DNA of 43,115 nt from positions 1-43,115 of the forward strand of contig CAXNFT010000001.1 of the NCBI GenBank assembly GCA_964201255.1, in the 5' to 3' direction. This DNA is from Rhodoferax sp. (GTDB lineage Bacteria; Pseudomonadota; Gammaproteobacteria; Burkholderiales; Burkholderiaceae_C). A program made the position numbers and the translations under genes. The notes below the pieces were generated by a model. The model searched no databases. It had not been told where the DNA came from and was given only the letters and a program-made list of their open reading frames with translations. How positions within the stretch are numbered: the stretch's first letter is position 1; each line of letters opens with the position of its first letter. This document shows positions 18,889 to 27,892 of the stretch, one piece after another.

Positions 18889-19779
18889 TCAGTTTGTTGC
18901 TCTGGCAGCTTCCTCGGCGCTTTGGAAGTAGCGATTGTCCAACTCAAGCTGCTTCTCGTAAATCGTCTCGGCACGCCCCGATCCTGGATAAGGTAGGCGC
19001 ACCGGCACGTTCGTCATGCGCGGCTCCAGCGTCTCCTGCCCGGCGACCAGTAGCGAGTTCCAGGCAGCCCAGGAGCTGGGAACATGGACGATAGGCCACG
19101 CGTCTCCTGCACGGTACTGGTGCAGCAAGAAGCGTCGCGGTTGACCCGATATGTTGGCTGACGACCCATGCAACAGGCGAGCATGGTGAACCGTGATCGA
19201 ACCCGCCTTGCCGGTGCACATCACTGCTTTGGAAAAGTTGATGTCCTTGTGGGAAGGGTCAATGCCTCCGACAAAAACGCCGTGGGAATTGTGGTCATAC
19301 ACAGGGCCTGTATGGCTACCCGGAATCACCAGCATTGAGCCGTTGTCCGGTGTGAAGTCGTCGATCATGAAGCCCACTGCGGCCAAATCGTCATTGGTAT
19401 GTGGGTAAAAAGCCCAGTCTTGGTGCCACTCCACAGGTGAACCAAACCCAGCGGCCTTGAGGTTCAGCTTGGACGTATCGAACCGCACGTTCGGGCCCCA
19501 AAGGCGGCACAGTATCGACACAACGGCCGGGTGACGAACCATGCGGGCATACACCTCATGCCTCAGGTGAGGCGACTTGATTCGGCGCAGGCGAGGCTGA
19601 TGGGCTGAGTGCCCCGGCTCCAAGTCAAACACGTCAGTATGTGCCGTCGCCTGGCGGGAATGCTCTACCAACTCGTCGGTAACGCGGCGAAGTTCGTCAA
19701 CATCTTGGGCTGACAGAACACCTGGCACAACAATAAAACCATCGCGTTGGTAGCGCTGTACATCTCTGTCGTCAATCAT
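18889..19779 (-). CDS. Phytanoyl-CoA dioxygenase (PhyH)-family Fe(II)/2OG dioxygenase
   Basis: DGFIVVPGV, WHQDW, NGSMLVIPGSH, HGSSAN...RR. Confidence 0.92.
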   Translation of the reverse strand: MIDDRDVQRYQRDGFIVVPGVLSAQDVDELRRVTDELVEHSRQATAHTDVFDLEPGHSAHQPRLRRIKSPHLRHEVYARMVRHPAVVSILCRLWGPNVRFDTSKLNLKAAGFGSPVEWHQDWAFYPHTNDDLAAVGFMIDDFTPDNGSMLVIPGSHTGPVYDHNSHGVFVGGIDPSHKDINFSKAVMCTGKAGSITVHHARLLHGSSANISGQPRRFLLHQYRAGDAWPIVHVPSSWAAWNSLLVAGQETLEPRMTNVPVRLPYPGSGRAETIYEKQLELDNRYFQSAEEAARATN

Positions 19780-20010
19780 GGCGTCCTCCTAACTGGAAGT
19801 GGTCGTTGTCGCTTGAGCGGATCGTTTCCAGTGCGGCAATGTGCTTTCAGGAGGAAGGCACAACTTGGTCCGCCACAATTATTTGCTTTATCGATACCGG
19901 TGTCTACCAAGGGTTTCCCCTGGTAACTGTAGATACGAGAGGGGCTGCCGCGGTGGTAGCCTTTTAGAGTGGTCTCCGCTGGGCTGGTGCCGAGTTGGTG
20001 CGTGTGCAGT

Positions 20011-21849
20011 TCAGCCCAGCCGACACTGCGCCAGCAGCGCGATGGGCACCTGGATCGGCATCGACAACAAAATTTGGCCCATGCCCTTGCCCAGCGGATC
20101 GTTGCGCATTGAGCTCATGCCACCGCCGTCCAAGGCCTGCTCGCAGACAAAATTGAAGGCGTTGATGCCGGGCACCGCATAGCGCGTCACCCGACCTTTG
20201 ACCAGGTGCGCCAAAAAGGCTGCTACCGCGCTTTCGGTGAGCTGCGCGCGCAGCAGGGGCAGCAGGGCGGGCGCGCGGGCAATGACACCAATGTTGGAGA
20301 TGTCGCCCTTGTCACCGCTGCGCGCCCAGGCCAGGCGAATCAGCGGCACCTCGCGCAGTTCACCGGGATGGGCTGCGGCTGCTGGCACGGCAACGGCGCG
20401 TGACGCAGGTTCGCGTGCCACAGCGGCAACGCCAGCAGGTTGCGGCACCAGCATCTTCGTACCATCCATCAACACCACCGGGTTCAGCAGTGTTTTGGGC
20501 AACAGAAAGGCGTATTGCCGGATAGAGGGGGATGCTGATGCCCGGCCGCCGCCTGCGCCGGTGGTGCCCGGCGCCCAGGAGGTGCCGGCCGGCGCCACCT
20601 CGCGGGCCATCAGGTCCAGCGCTTCCTTGCGTGCATGGGTGGCCGTGAGGCGCAGCACCGCCTCGCGAGTGTGCTGCGCCGTGGCATGCGGGCCGTAGCA
20701 GGACTCGGAGCCCAGCACCTCGATGTGCGTGGCGGTGTAGGGTGGCAGCCCCAGCTTGGCCAACATGAGCGAGGTGCGCTCCACAATGGCAGCACCGGTG
20801 CGCCGGGCCTTGGCCACCGCGTCAAAGCCCACGATGGTGAGCTGGGCCGAGGCCTTGAAGCCGGCCATGTAGGTGGCGCTAACCTTGTAGCTCTCGGTCG
20901 GCGGGTAACCACGCGCACCACGCACCGCCACCCGGTGCTCACCGGCCTGTGCCAGCGTGACTTGTGTGAAATCACACACCACGTCGGGCAGGATGTAGCG
21001 GGACGGGTCGCCGATCTCGTACAACATCTGCTCGGCAATCACTGCCGACGTCACCAGGCCGCCGGTGCCGGCGGGTTTGGTGCAGATCAAGCTGCCGTCG
21101 GCGCGGCATTCGACGATGGGGTAACCGATGTTGGCCCAGTCTGGCACGGTGTCCCAGTCGGTGTGCAGGCCGCCGGTGGCCTGGCAGCCGCATTCGATGA
21201 TGTGGCCGGCCAGGCTGCCCGCCGCCAGCGCGTCGTAGTCCGTCGGGGACCAGCCAAACTCGTGCATCAGCACACCGAGTGTCACTGCCGAATCCACGCA
21301 GCGGCCGGTAATGACGACCTGGGCACCGGCATCCAGCGCAGCCCGTATCGGCAGCGCGCCCAGGTAGGCGTTGGCGGTCAGGACCTGAACCGGCAAGGCC
21401 GCACCGCTTTGTAGTTCACGCACCGGGTCTGCCAACTCGCGCAACTGCGGCAGCAGCGGCAGCACGTCATCACCCATCACCACCGCAATTTTCAGGGGCA
21501 CGCCCTGCTCGGCTGCCAGTGCTGCCAGTGCCGCAGCGCAACCCTGCGGATTGACACCCCCCGCGTTACTGACCACGCGAATACCCCGGTCCACCACATC
21601 GCGCAGCACGGCTTTCATGGCCACTGCCACAAAGTCTGTGGCGTAGCCCAGCTCGGGCTTTTTGAGCCGGGCCCCGGCCAGGATGGACATGGTGAGCTCG
21701 GCCAGGTAATCGAACACCAGGTAGTCAATCTGCCCACTGCTGACCAACTGCGGCGCACCCAGGCTGCTGTCGCCCCAAAAGCCCGACGCGCCGCCAATGC
21801 GGACAACTCGCTCAGCCTGTGTGTGGTCTGCCTGTGCGTGGTCTGCCAT
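20011..21849 (-). CDS. AtuA-like acyclic terpene utilisation protein (DUF1446)
   Basis: IGGASGFWGD, DYLAELTM, NAGGVNP, GHIIECG.QATGG, ARSGDKG, DPLGKG. Confidence 0.9.
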   Translation of the reverse strand: MADHAQADHTQAERVVRIGGASGFWGDSSLGAPQLVSSGQIDYLVFDYLAELTMSILAGARLKKPELGYATDFVAVAMKAVLRDVVDRGIRVVSNAGGVNPQGCAAALAALAAEQGVPLKIAVVMGDDVLPLLPQLRELADPVRELQSGAALPVQVLTANAYLGALPIRAALDAGAQVVITGRCVDSAVTLGVLMHEFGWSPTDYDALAAGSLAGHIIECGCQATGGLHTDWDTVPDWANIGYPIVECRADGSLICTKPAGTGGLVTSAVIAEQMLYEIGDPSRYILPDVVCDFTQVTLAQAGEHRVAVRGARGYPPTESYKVSATYMAGFKASAQLTIVGFDAVAKARRTGAAIVERTSLMLAKLGLPPYTATHIEVLGSESCYGPHATAQHTREAVLRLTATHARKEALDLMAREVAPAGTSWAPGTTGAGGGRASASPSIRQYAFLLPKTLLNPVVLMDGTKMLVPQPAGVAAVAREPASRAVAVPAAAAHPGELREVPLIRLAWARSGDKGDISNIGVIARAPALLPLLRAQLTESAVAAFLAHLVKGRVTRYAVPGINAFNFVCEQALDGGGMSSMRNDPLGKGMGQILLSMPIQVPIALLAQCRLG

Positions 21850-21856
21850 CGTTCGG

Positions 21857-22636
21857 CTACCGGCCGGTCCACACCGGTTTGCGCTTTTCGCGGAACGCCA
21901 ATTGGCCCTCGGCGGCGTCTTCTGTCAGCGCAAACAGGCCGATCTGACTCTCGGTAAATGACATCGACTCTTCGAAGGCCATGGCTTCGATTTTCTTCAT
22001 GGTGTAGAGGCCGCGCCGAATGGCCGCGGGCGACTTGTCCAGCATGCGGCCTAACAGCCAGTCCACACCTGCGTCCAGGTCTTCGCGGATGTAATTGATC
22101 AGACCATATTCCAGCGCCTGCGCCGCGCTCAGCGGCTCGCCGGTTAGACACATCTCAGCCAGCACGCGGCGCGGCAGCAGGCTGCCGATCACGCTGAGCA
22201 CCTGCGCCGGGAAAATGCCCACTTTCACCTCGGGCAGGCCAAAGATGGCCTGCGGCGTGGCCACCACCATGTCACACATACCCATGATGCCCATGCCCCC
22301 GGCCATGCAGGCGCCGTTGACGCGGGCAATCAGCGGCACGGTGGATTGCTTGGCTTGCCGGAACAGATTGGCAAAACCCACGTGGGGCTCGGAGTAGTCA
22401 AACTTGAACGACTTGCCGCTCTGCAAGTCAGCGCCCGCGCAAAACGCCCTGCTGCCAGCACCGGTGATCACCACGGCGCGCACTTCTCGGTTGCGGTTGG
22501 CACTGGTCAGCGCCTCGGTCAGGCCTGCCAGTACTGGCGGGTTGAGCGCGTTGCGCTTGTCCTCGCGGTTGATCGTGAGCCACATCACAGGGCCCCGCAT
22601 CTCGGTCAGCAATTCGGCAGAGGGTTCAGTGCTCAT
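21857..22636 (-). CDS. Enoyl-CoA hydratase/isomerase (crotonase)
   Basis: KRNALN, AFCAGADL, CMAGGMG, FGLPEVKVG, FREKRKP. Confidence 0.93.
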   Translation of the reverse strand: MSTEPSAELLTEMRGPVMWLTINREDKRNALNPPVLAGLTEALTSANRNREVRAVVITGAGSRAFCAGADLQSGKSFKFDYSEPHVGFANLFRQAKQSTVPLIARVNGACMAGGMGIMGMCDMVVATPQAIFGLPEVKVGIFPAQVLSVIGSLLPRRVLAEMCLTGEPLSAAQALEYGLINYIREDLDAGVDWLLGRMLDKSPAAIRRGLYTMKKIEAMAFEESMSFTESQIGLFALTEDAAEGQLAFREKRKPVWTGR

Positions 22637-22703
22637 GGCTTGGTCTCCGGGTGCAGTGGCACGGGCTATAGGCGAGTGATAAGCCATCAAGTTCAATGAC
22701 CCG

Positions 22704-23729
22704 TTATTTCTGCTGCCAATGGTCACCCGGGCGCAGGCCGACTGGCTCGTTGAGCCGGGCTCGCGCTGCCGCATCGTCCAACAGTGTGGCGCGCCACCAG
22801 TCGGTGGTGATGGCGGCCACCAGCGCGTGGTCCCGCGCCTGTTGGTCCCGCGTCACGGGCTCGCGCGGCACGATCTCGGTGGCGCGCCCTGTCTGGCCGC
22901 CAAAGGTCATGTGGTCGGCATCCTGAAGCACCAATTGAGCTTTACCGCCAGGGGGCAAGGCCGCGAACACGGCAATGCGTTTGTCAGGTGTGGCGCCGTT
23001 GCCCAGTACATCCTGGTCACGCGTGCCGGTGACCGACAACACCGGGCGACTCAGGCGGTCGAAAGCACGCTGTGCGTCCCCAGCCGAGGGAAGGGTGGGC
23101 GAGAAAGCTATGAAGGACGCCAGCCGTGGCTCACTCAGGCCATCGAAACCCGGGTAGCGCTGGCCGGCCATGCCCAGCGCCGTGTGGGCTCCGAAGGAGT
23201 GACCGCTCATGCCAACCGCGCCGGGGCGCGCACTGGCCCAATGACCCTGCCGTGCCGTCTGGCGCAGGCCGATCTGGTTCAATACAAAACCCACGTCCTG
23301 CAGGCGTGCCAACAGCTGCGCGGCGCCGGCAGCGGCGCGCAGGCCGACTTTGTCGCTGAAAGAGGTGGCCGTGCGGCTTACCGCTGCAAGGTCACTGCCG
23401 GGGTGCTGAATGTGCACGACCACAAAGCCCGCAGCGGCCCAGGCCTGGCCCCAGACCGTGCCCCCATCGCGCGTGCCGCCCAGACCGTGCGAGAACAGCA
23501 CCACCGGCAGAGCGCTGTTGTGCCGGTCCGACTGTGGCCAGCGGACCCTAACTGGCACATCGCGCTTGCGGTCAGTGTCCGTCCAGGTGTCGTCCTCCAC
23601 GCCGTCGGCAGGGGACTGCGCGTTGGCCGGGGCGGCGCCCACGCACCAAGTGCCGGCCAGCAGGGCCTGCAGGCAGTCACGCCGGGTCAGTCCTGCAGAT
23701 TGCGTTTCAGTCACGGCCACCGCCCTCAC
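22704..23729 (-). CDS. Tat-exported alpha/beta hydrolase (acetylhydrolase/dienelactone-hydrolase-like)
   Basis: TRRDCL signal; FSHGLGG, QHPGSD, GHSFG, TGTRD, ADHMTF; start approximate. Confidence 0.82.
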   Translation of the reverse strand: MRAVAVTETQSAGLTRRDCLQALLAGTWCVGAAPANAQSPADGVEDDTWTDTDRKRDVPVRVRWPQSDRHNSALPVVLFSHGLGGTRDGGTVWGQAWAAAGFVVVHIQHPGSDLAAVSRTATSFSDKVGLRAAAGAAQLLARLQDVGFVLNQIGLRQTARQGHWASARPGAVGMSGHSFGAHTALGMAGQRYPGFDGLSEPRLASFIAFSPTLPSAGDAQRAFDRLSRPVLSVTGTRDQDVLGNGATPDKRIAVFAALPPGGKAQLVLQDADHMTFGGQTGRATEIVPREPVTRDQQARDHALVAAITTDWWRATLLDDAAARARLNEPVGLRPGDHWQQK

Positions 23730-23731
23730 GA

Positions 23732-24688
23732 TTACTCCAGCACCACTCGGGGGAAGTAAAAGGAGACCACCCAGTTGGGCATATCGACAATGGAGCTGAT
23801 GCGCAAGTCCGCGCAGACGCTGCACAGCATGTAGGCGTCAATCGGCGCATAACCGTAGCGCCGGCTCAGCAACTCCACCATCTCTGACACCGCCATTCGG
23901 GCGCCTGCCATGAGGTCCGGGCCGATCCCCGTAGTGACCTCGTAGCCCTTGCTGTCGAGGTGTCTGGAGACCGGGCCGGGTGTCACGTACCGGGGCATGC
24001 GCAGATTAGCCCCCTTGATCAGTTCAAACTTGAGCGCCACGTCGATCGGGCTTTCGATGGCCGTGCCGCAGACCTCGCCGTCCCCTTGCGCCGCGTGGGT
24101 GTCACCTACCGAAAAGATAGCGCCCGCAACCTCGACCGGCAGGTACAACTCGGTGCCTTCGGCGATATCACGAATGTCCATATTGCCGCCCACATTGCGG
24201 GGCGGGATGATGCTATGAAGGCCCGGTTCCGCAGGTGCTACGCCGATGGTTCCGCACATGGGTTTGAGTGGCACGCGTCCGCCGGGGCCGTACATCACTG
24301 AGGTGGCCAGGTTGGGGTCGTAGTGCCAGTGGTGAAGGTGCGCATCCGGGAACTGATCGCTCAGCAGCCCAAAACCGGGTATGTTGCCGGTCCAGCCCCA
24401 GCCCGACGGCCGAAACGACAGCACCGTGACCTTGAGTGCATCGCCGGGCTGGGCACCATCGATGTAAACCGGGCCGGTCACCGGGTTGACCCGGCCAAGG
24501 TCAAGCTTGGCCAGGTCTTGTGCGGTGGAGGTTTTGTTGAGTTGACCGGAGGAGGCATCCAGGGTCTCGAACTGAATGCTCTCACCGGGTGCGATTCTCA
24601 GGGCGGGCGTGAGCGCATTGTTCCAACCGTGATGGATGTGCTCGCGGTGGATGGTGTGCTGATGGTGATGGTGGTGGTGGCCGCTCAT
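23732..24688 (-). CDS. Acetamidase/formamidase family protein
   Basis: NPVTGPVYI.GAQPGD, GGNMD, GDTHAAQGDGEVCGTAIE. Confidence 0.93.
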   Translation of the reverse strand: MSGHHHHHHQHTIHREHIHHGWNNALTPALRIAPGESIQFETLDASSGQLNKTSTAQDLAKLDLGRVNPVTGPVYIDGAQPGDALKVTVLSFRPSGWGWTGNIPGFGLLSDQFPDAHLHHWHYDPNLATSVMYGPGGRVPLKPMCGTIGVAPAEPGLHSIIPPRNVGGNMDIRDIAEGTELYLPVEVAGAIFSVGDTHAAQGDGEVCGTAIESPIDVALKFELIKGANLRMPRYVTPGPVSRHLDSKGYEVTTGIGPDLMAGARMAVSEMVELLSRRYGYAPIDAYMLCSVCADLRISSIVDMPNWVVSFYFPRVVLE

Positions 24689-24697
24689 GACCTGCTC

Positions 24698-25453
24698 CTA
24701 GACCGCGACCGTCAGGGCGCCATCGATCACCAGGTTGGTCCCCGAGATGCGGCTCGCCACCGGGCTGGAAATGAACACCACGCCGTTCGCCACCTCTTGC
24801 GGTGTGCCGAACTTGCCCGTGGGATTGACCTTGAGGGTGGAGCTGTAAAGATCGGGAACATTTTTCTCGATGTTCTGCCAGATGCCACCGTCAAAATAGG
24901 TGTTGCCAGGCGACACCACATTGACACGTATGCCCTTGGCCACAAGCTGGCGGCTGAGGCCTTTGCCGTAATGGATCAGCGCAGCCTTGATGGCGCCATA
25001 GGATCCGGCAGCAAAGTCAACCTCAAAGCCTGATACGCTGGAAATCAGCACAATCGACGCGCTGGCCGATTTTTCCAGAAATGGCACGGCCGCAGCGACC
25101 GCATTGACACTGTGCATCATGTCGACCCGGAAAGACTTTTCCCAGGTCTCAGCCGAATCGCCAACAGCCAGCGCGCTGACGTTGCACACCAGCGCATCAA
25201 TGCCACCCAATTCAGCCGCGCTGTCAGCCACCCATTTGGCGAGCGCTTCGGCATCGGCCACATCAATCGCCTGACCAAAGGCCGTGACGCCCATGCCCTT
25301 GAGTGCAGCCACTGTGGCGGCCACCTCTGCGGCATTGCGAGCGCACACCGAGACATGGGCGCCTTCAGCCGCGAACCCCTCCGCCACCGCCCGCCCAATC
25401 CCTTTGCTGCCGCCGGTGACCAGCACACGCTTTCCTTTGAGTCCAAGGTCCAT
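24698..25453 (-). CDS. Short-chain dehydrogenase/reductase
   Basis: TGGSKGIG, YGAIK, IRVNVVSPG. Confidence 0.93.
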   Translation of the reverse strand: MDLGLKGKRVLVTGGSKGIGRAVAEGFAAEGAHVSVCARNAAEVAATVAALKGMGVTAFGQAIDVADAEALAKWVADSAAELGGIDALVCNVSALAVGDSAETWEKSFRVDMMHSVNAVAAAVPFLEKSASASIVLISSVSGFEVDFAAGSYGAIKAALIHYGKGLSRQLVAKGIRVNVVSPGNTYFDGGIWQNIEKNVPDLYSSTLKVNPTGKFGTPQEVANGVVFISSPVASRISGTNLVIDGALTVAV

Positions 25454-25586
25454 TGCATTTCTCCGAAGTTACAAAAATTGCTGAGTAATCCCGAAAATAC
25501 CACGATGGCTGGGGCCTGACAACGAGCGGCGGCGTTGGAGGCGATGCCTGTTCTTTTCTGCTCGCGGGTCCTGCCCGCACCCACTG

Positions 25587-25961
25587 TCAGCCCTTCACCC
25601 GATATTGCACACCCGGGGCATTTTTTAGGTCTACATTCTGAGTGAAAAGTTGTGCACCATGTGCCTGTGCGGTCTGCCAAATGATGGCGTCGGCCATGGC
25701 AAGTTGGTAACGCAATGACGCCATAGCCGCCAGACGCAAGCCCTGCGCGTCCAAATGCACGACCTGTCCGCGGCTCATGGCGGTCACGACCCGGTCGGCA
25801 TCGGCTTGGTCCCGCTGCAACAAGATCCGCTTGCACACCTCATAGATCGTGATGGCGGGCACCACCAGTTTGGGCAGATCAGCCAGTACAGGTTCAAAAA
25901 AAGAGGCATTCGGCCCGTCTGCAATGTATTCCAGCCATCCGCAGGAATCCACCACGTTCAT
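25587..25961 (-). CDS. vapC: VapC PIN-domain toxin
   Basis: NVVDS.GW, TIYEV, MADAII; overlaps the antitoxin by 4 bp. Confidence 0.88.
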   Translation of the reverse strand: MNVVDSCGWLEYIADGPNASFFEPVLADLPKLVVPAITIYEVCKRILLQRDQADADRVVTAMSRGQVVHLDAQGLRLAAMASLRYQLAMADAIIWQTAQAHGAQLFTQNVDLKNAPGVQYRVKG

Positions 25962-26179
25962 AGGCCGCGGCCCTGGTTAACTTCCGGATCATTCGGAACA
26001 TCGGTGTTGATGCCACGGCACATGCCTCGGATCGAAGTGATAGGCAATTCGGGCACCAACTCCACGTGGTCGCCAACGACGCGCGCTTCCATTCTCTGGC
26101 CCGCTACAAGATTGAGCGCTTTACGAACGTCCTTGGGTATAACGATCTGAAATTTTGGCGATAGCGCAACGGAGGTCAT
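25958..26179 (-). CDS. vapB: AbrB/MazE-fold antitoxin (VapB)
   Basis: LSPKFQIVIPKDVRKALNL..GQ. Confidence 0.88.
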   Translation of the reverse strand: MTSVALSPKFQIVIPKDVRKALNLVAGQRMEARVVGDHVELVPELPITSIRGMCRGINTDVPNDPEVNQGRGL

Positions 26180-26190
26180 GGGATTTGAAC

Positions 26191-26235
26191 GTAAAGCATT
26201 TTCAAATCGTAGCACGATATGAAAATGCTTTACAA
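26191..26235 (-). promoter_or_regulatory. vapBC promoter inside a 43-bp inverted-repeat operator
   Basis: GTAAAGCATTTTCA...TGAAAATGCTTTAC (26191-26233); minus strand TTGTAA-18 bp-TACGAT with extended -10 TG. Confidence 0.75.
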
Positions 26236-26279
26236 CTTTTCGCCGGGGTTCGCCTTTGTCCGGCACCTGATGCGCCGAC

Positions 26280-27107
26280 CTACCGCCAGCGCAAAAAGAA
26301 AGTCTCGAGTCGTCCCAAGCCTTCGTTGAAGATGGCCCCCACCATCGACAGCACGATCAGGCCGGAGAAGACTGAGGTGGTGTCAAACAAACCGGTGGCC
26401 TGGCTGATCAAAAAGCCAATGCCACGGTTGGACGACATGAACTCGCCAATGACGGTGCCCACCAAAGCATAGGGCACGGACACCTTCAGGCCGGTAATCA
26501 CCCACGAGGTGGCGCTGGGCATGATCACCGAGCGAAGCACATGCCACTGATTACCGCCCATGATGCGGATGGCGTTGATGAACAATGGGTTGACATCTCG
26601 CACCCCGGCATAGGTATTGAGAAACACCACAAAAAACACGATCGAGGCAGAGACCGCCACCTTGGACTCAATGCCAATGCCAAACCAGATGATGAACAAG
26701 GGCGCCAGGGCGATCTTGGGTATGGAGTACAAAGCGGTGATGAAGGGGTCAAGCACCTCGGCCAACCCCCGAAAGCGCCCAAACAACAGACCCAGCGCAA
26801 AGCCAACGAAGGAGCCGATCAAAAACCCCCACATCGTGGCATAGAGCGTGATGGAGAGGTGATTGACCAGGGTACCGTCCATCACCCATTTGCCCAAACG
26901 GCCGAACACCGCCGAGGCAGAAGAAATGAACAGCTTGTCGATCAGGCGCCCAGAGGCAAACTCCCAGAACGCCAGGAACGCAATGCCCACCAGCAGGCGC
27001 AAGACCAGGATCCAGCGGGCACGCCGCCCCTGCGCGGCTTCGAACTGGGCCACAGCGATGCTGCGTCCACCACTCATGACAGCGGCTTCTGCGTCCGTGC
27101 TTTTCAT
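26280..27107 (-). CDS. NitT/TauT (SsuC-like) ABC permease
   Basis: IPKIALAPLFIIWFGIG, GTVIGEF. Confidence 0.92.
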   Translation of the reverse strand: MKSTDAEAAVMSGGRSIAVAQFEAAQGRRARWILVLRLLVGIAFLAFWEFASGRLIDKLFISSASAVFGRLGKWVMDGTLVNHLSITLYATMWGFLIGSFVGFALGLLFGRFRGLAEVLDPFITALYSIPKIALAPLFIIWFGIGIESKVAVSASIVFFVVFLNTYAGVRDVNPLFINAIRIMGGNQWHVLRSVIMPSATSWVITGLKVSVPYALVGTVIGEFMSSNRGIGFLISQATGLFDTTSVFSGLIVLSMVGAIFNEGLGRLETFFLRWR

Positions 27108-27109
27108 AC

Positions 27110-27892
27110 TTAGATATCCTCGCCTTTAGCGATCTCAGGGGCCAGGATAGACCACAGACGCTCATAGGAGGCCTGAAACTGGGGTTCGAAGCGGACCTTG
27201 AACGGATCACGCGGGAACGGGATGTTGATAGGCTCAATGGTCTTGATGTGGCCGGGTCGGCCAGAAAACACCACCACGCGCTGGGCCAGGGTCACGGCCT
27301 CAGACAAATCATGGGTCACGAAAATCACCGTTTTGCCGGTCTCTTGCCAGATGTCCAGCAAGCGTCGTTGCATCATCAGTTTGAGCTGGGCATCCAGAGC
27401 GCCAAATGGCTCGTCCATCAGCAGCGTGCCGGGCTCGTACACCAACACCTGAGCCAACGCGACCCGCTTGCGCATACCGCCAGAAAGCTCATTGGGGAAG
27501 CTGTTGGCAAAGCCGGACAAGTCGACCGCCTTCATCATGGCTTCGACCCGCTCGCGCCGCTGCTCCGAGGAAAAGGGGCGAAAAGTCAGGGGCAACTCGA
27601 TATTTTCATACACCGTGCGCCAAGGCAGCACGCTGTCAGTCTGGGTCATGTAGCCGACTCGCGTATTCACACCGCGCACCACCTGCCCTTCGTGCAGGAT
27701 TTTGCCGGCAGAGGGCTCGATGATGCCCGCGATCATGTTGAGCAAGGTGGACTTACCGCAACCCGATGGACCGACAAAGGCGACAAAGTCACCCTTGTCG
27801 ATCGTCAAGTCAACCGGCGCCAGGGCGACGGTTTCGCGGTCGCGCCGCACATAGCGTTTCTCTACGCCCTGAACCTGAACCGACACGCTCAA
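27110..27892 (-). CDS. NitT/TauT ABC ATP-binding protein
   Basis: GPSGCGKS, LSGGM, LMDEPFGALD, VTHD. Confidence 0.95.
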   Translation of the reverse strand: MSVSVQVQGVEKRYVRRDRETVALAPVDLTIDKGDFVAFVGPSGCGKSTLLNMIAGIIEPSAGKILHEGQVVRGVNTRVGYMTQTDSVLPWRTVYENIELPLTFRPFSSEQRRERVEAMMKAVDLSGFANSFPNELSGGMRKRVALAQVLVYEPGTLLMDEPFGALDAQLKLMMQRRLLDIWQETGKTVIFVTHDLSEAVTLAQRVVVFSGRPGHIKTIEPINIPFPRDPFKVRFEPQFQASYERLWSILAPEIAKGEDI

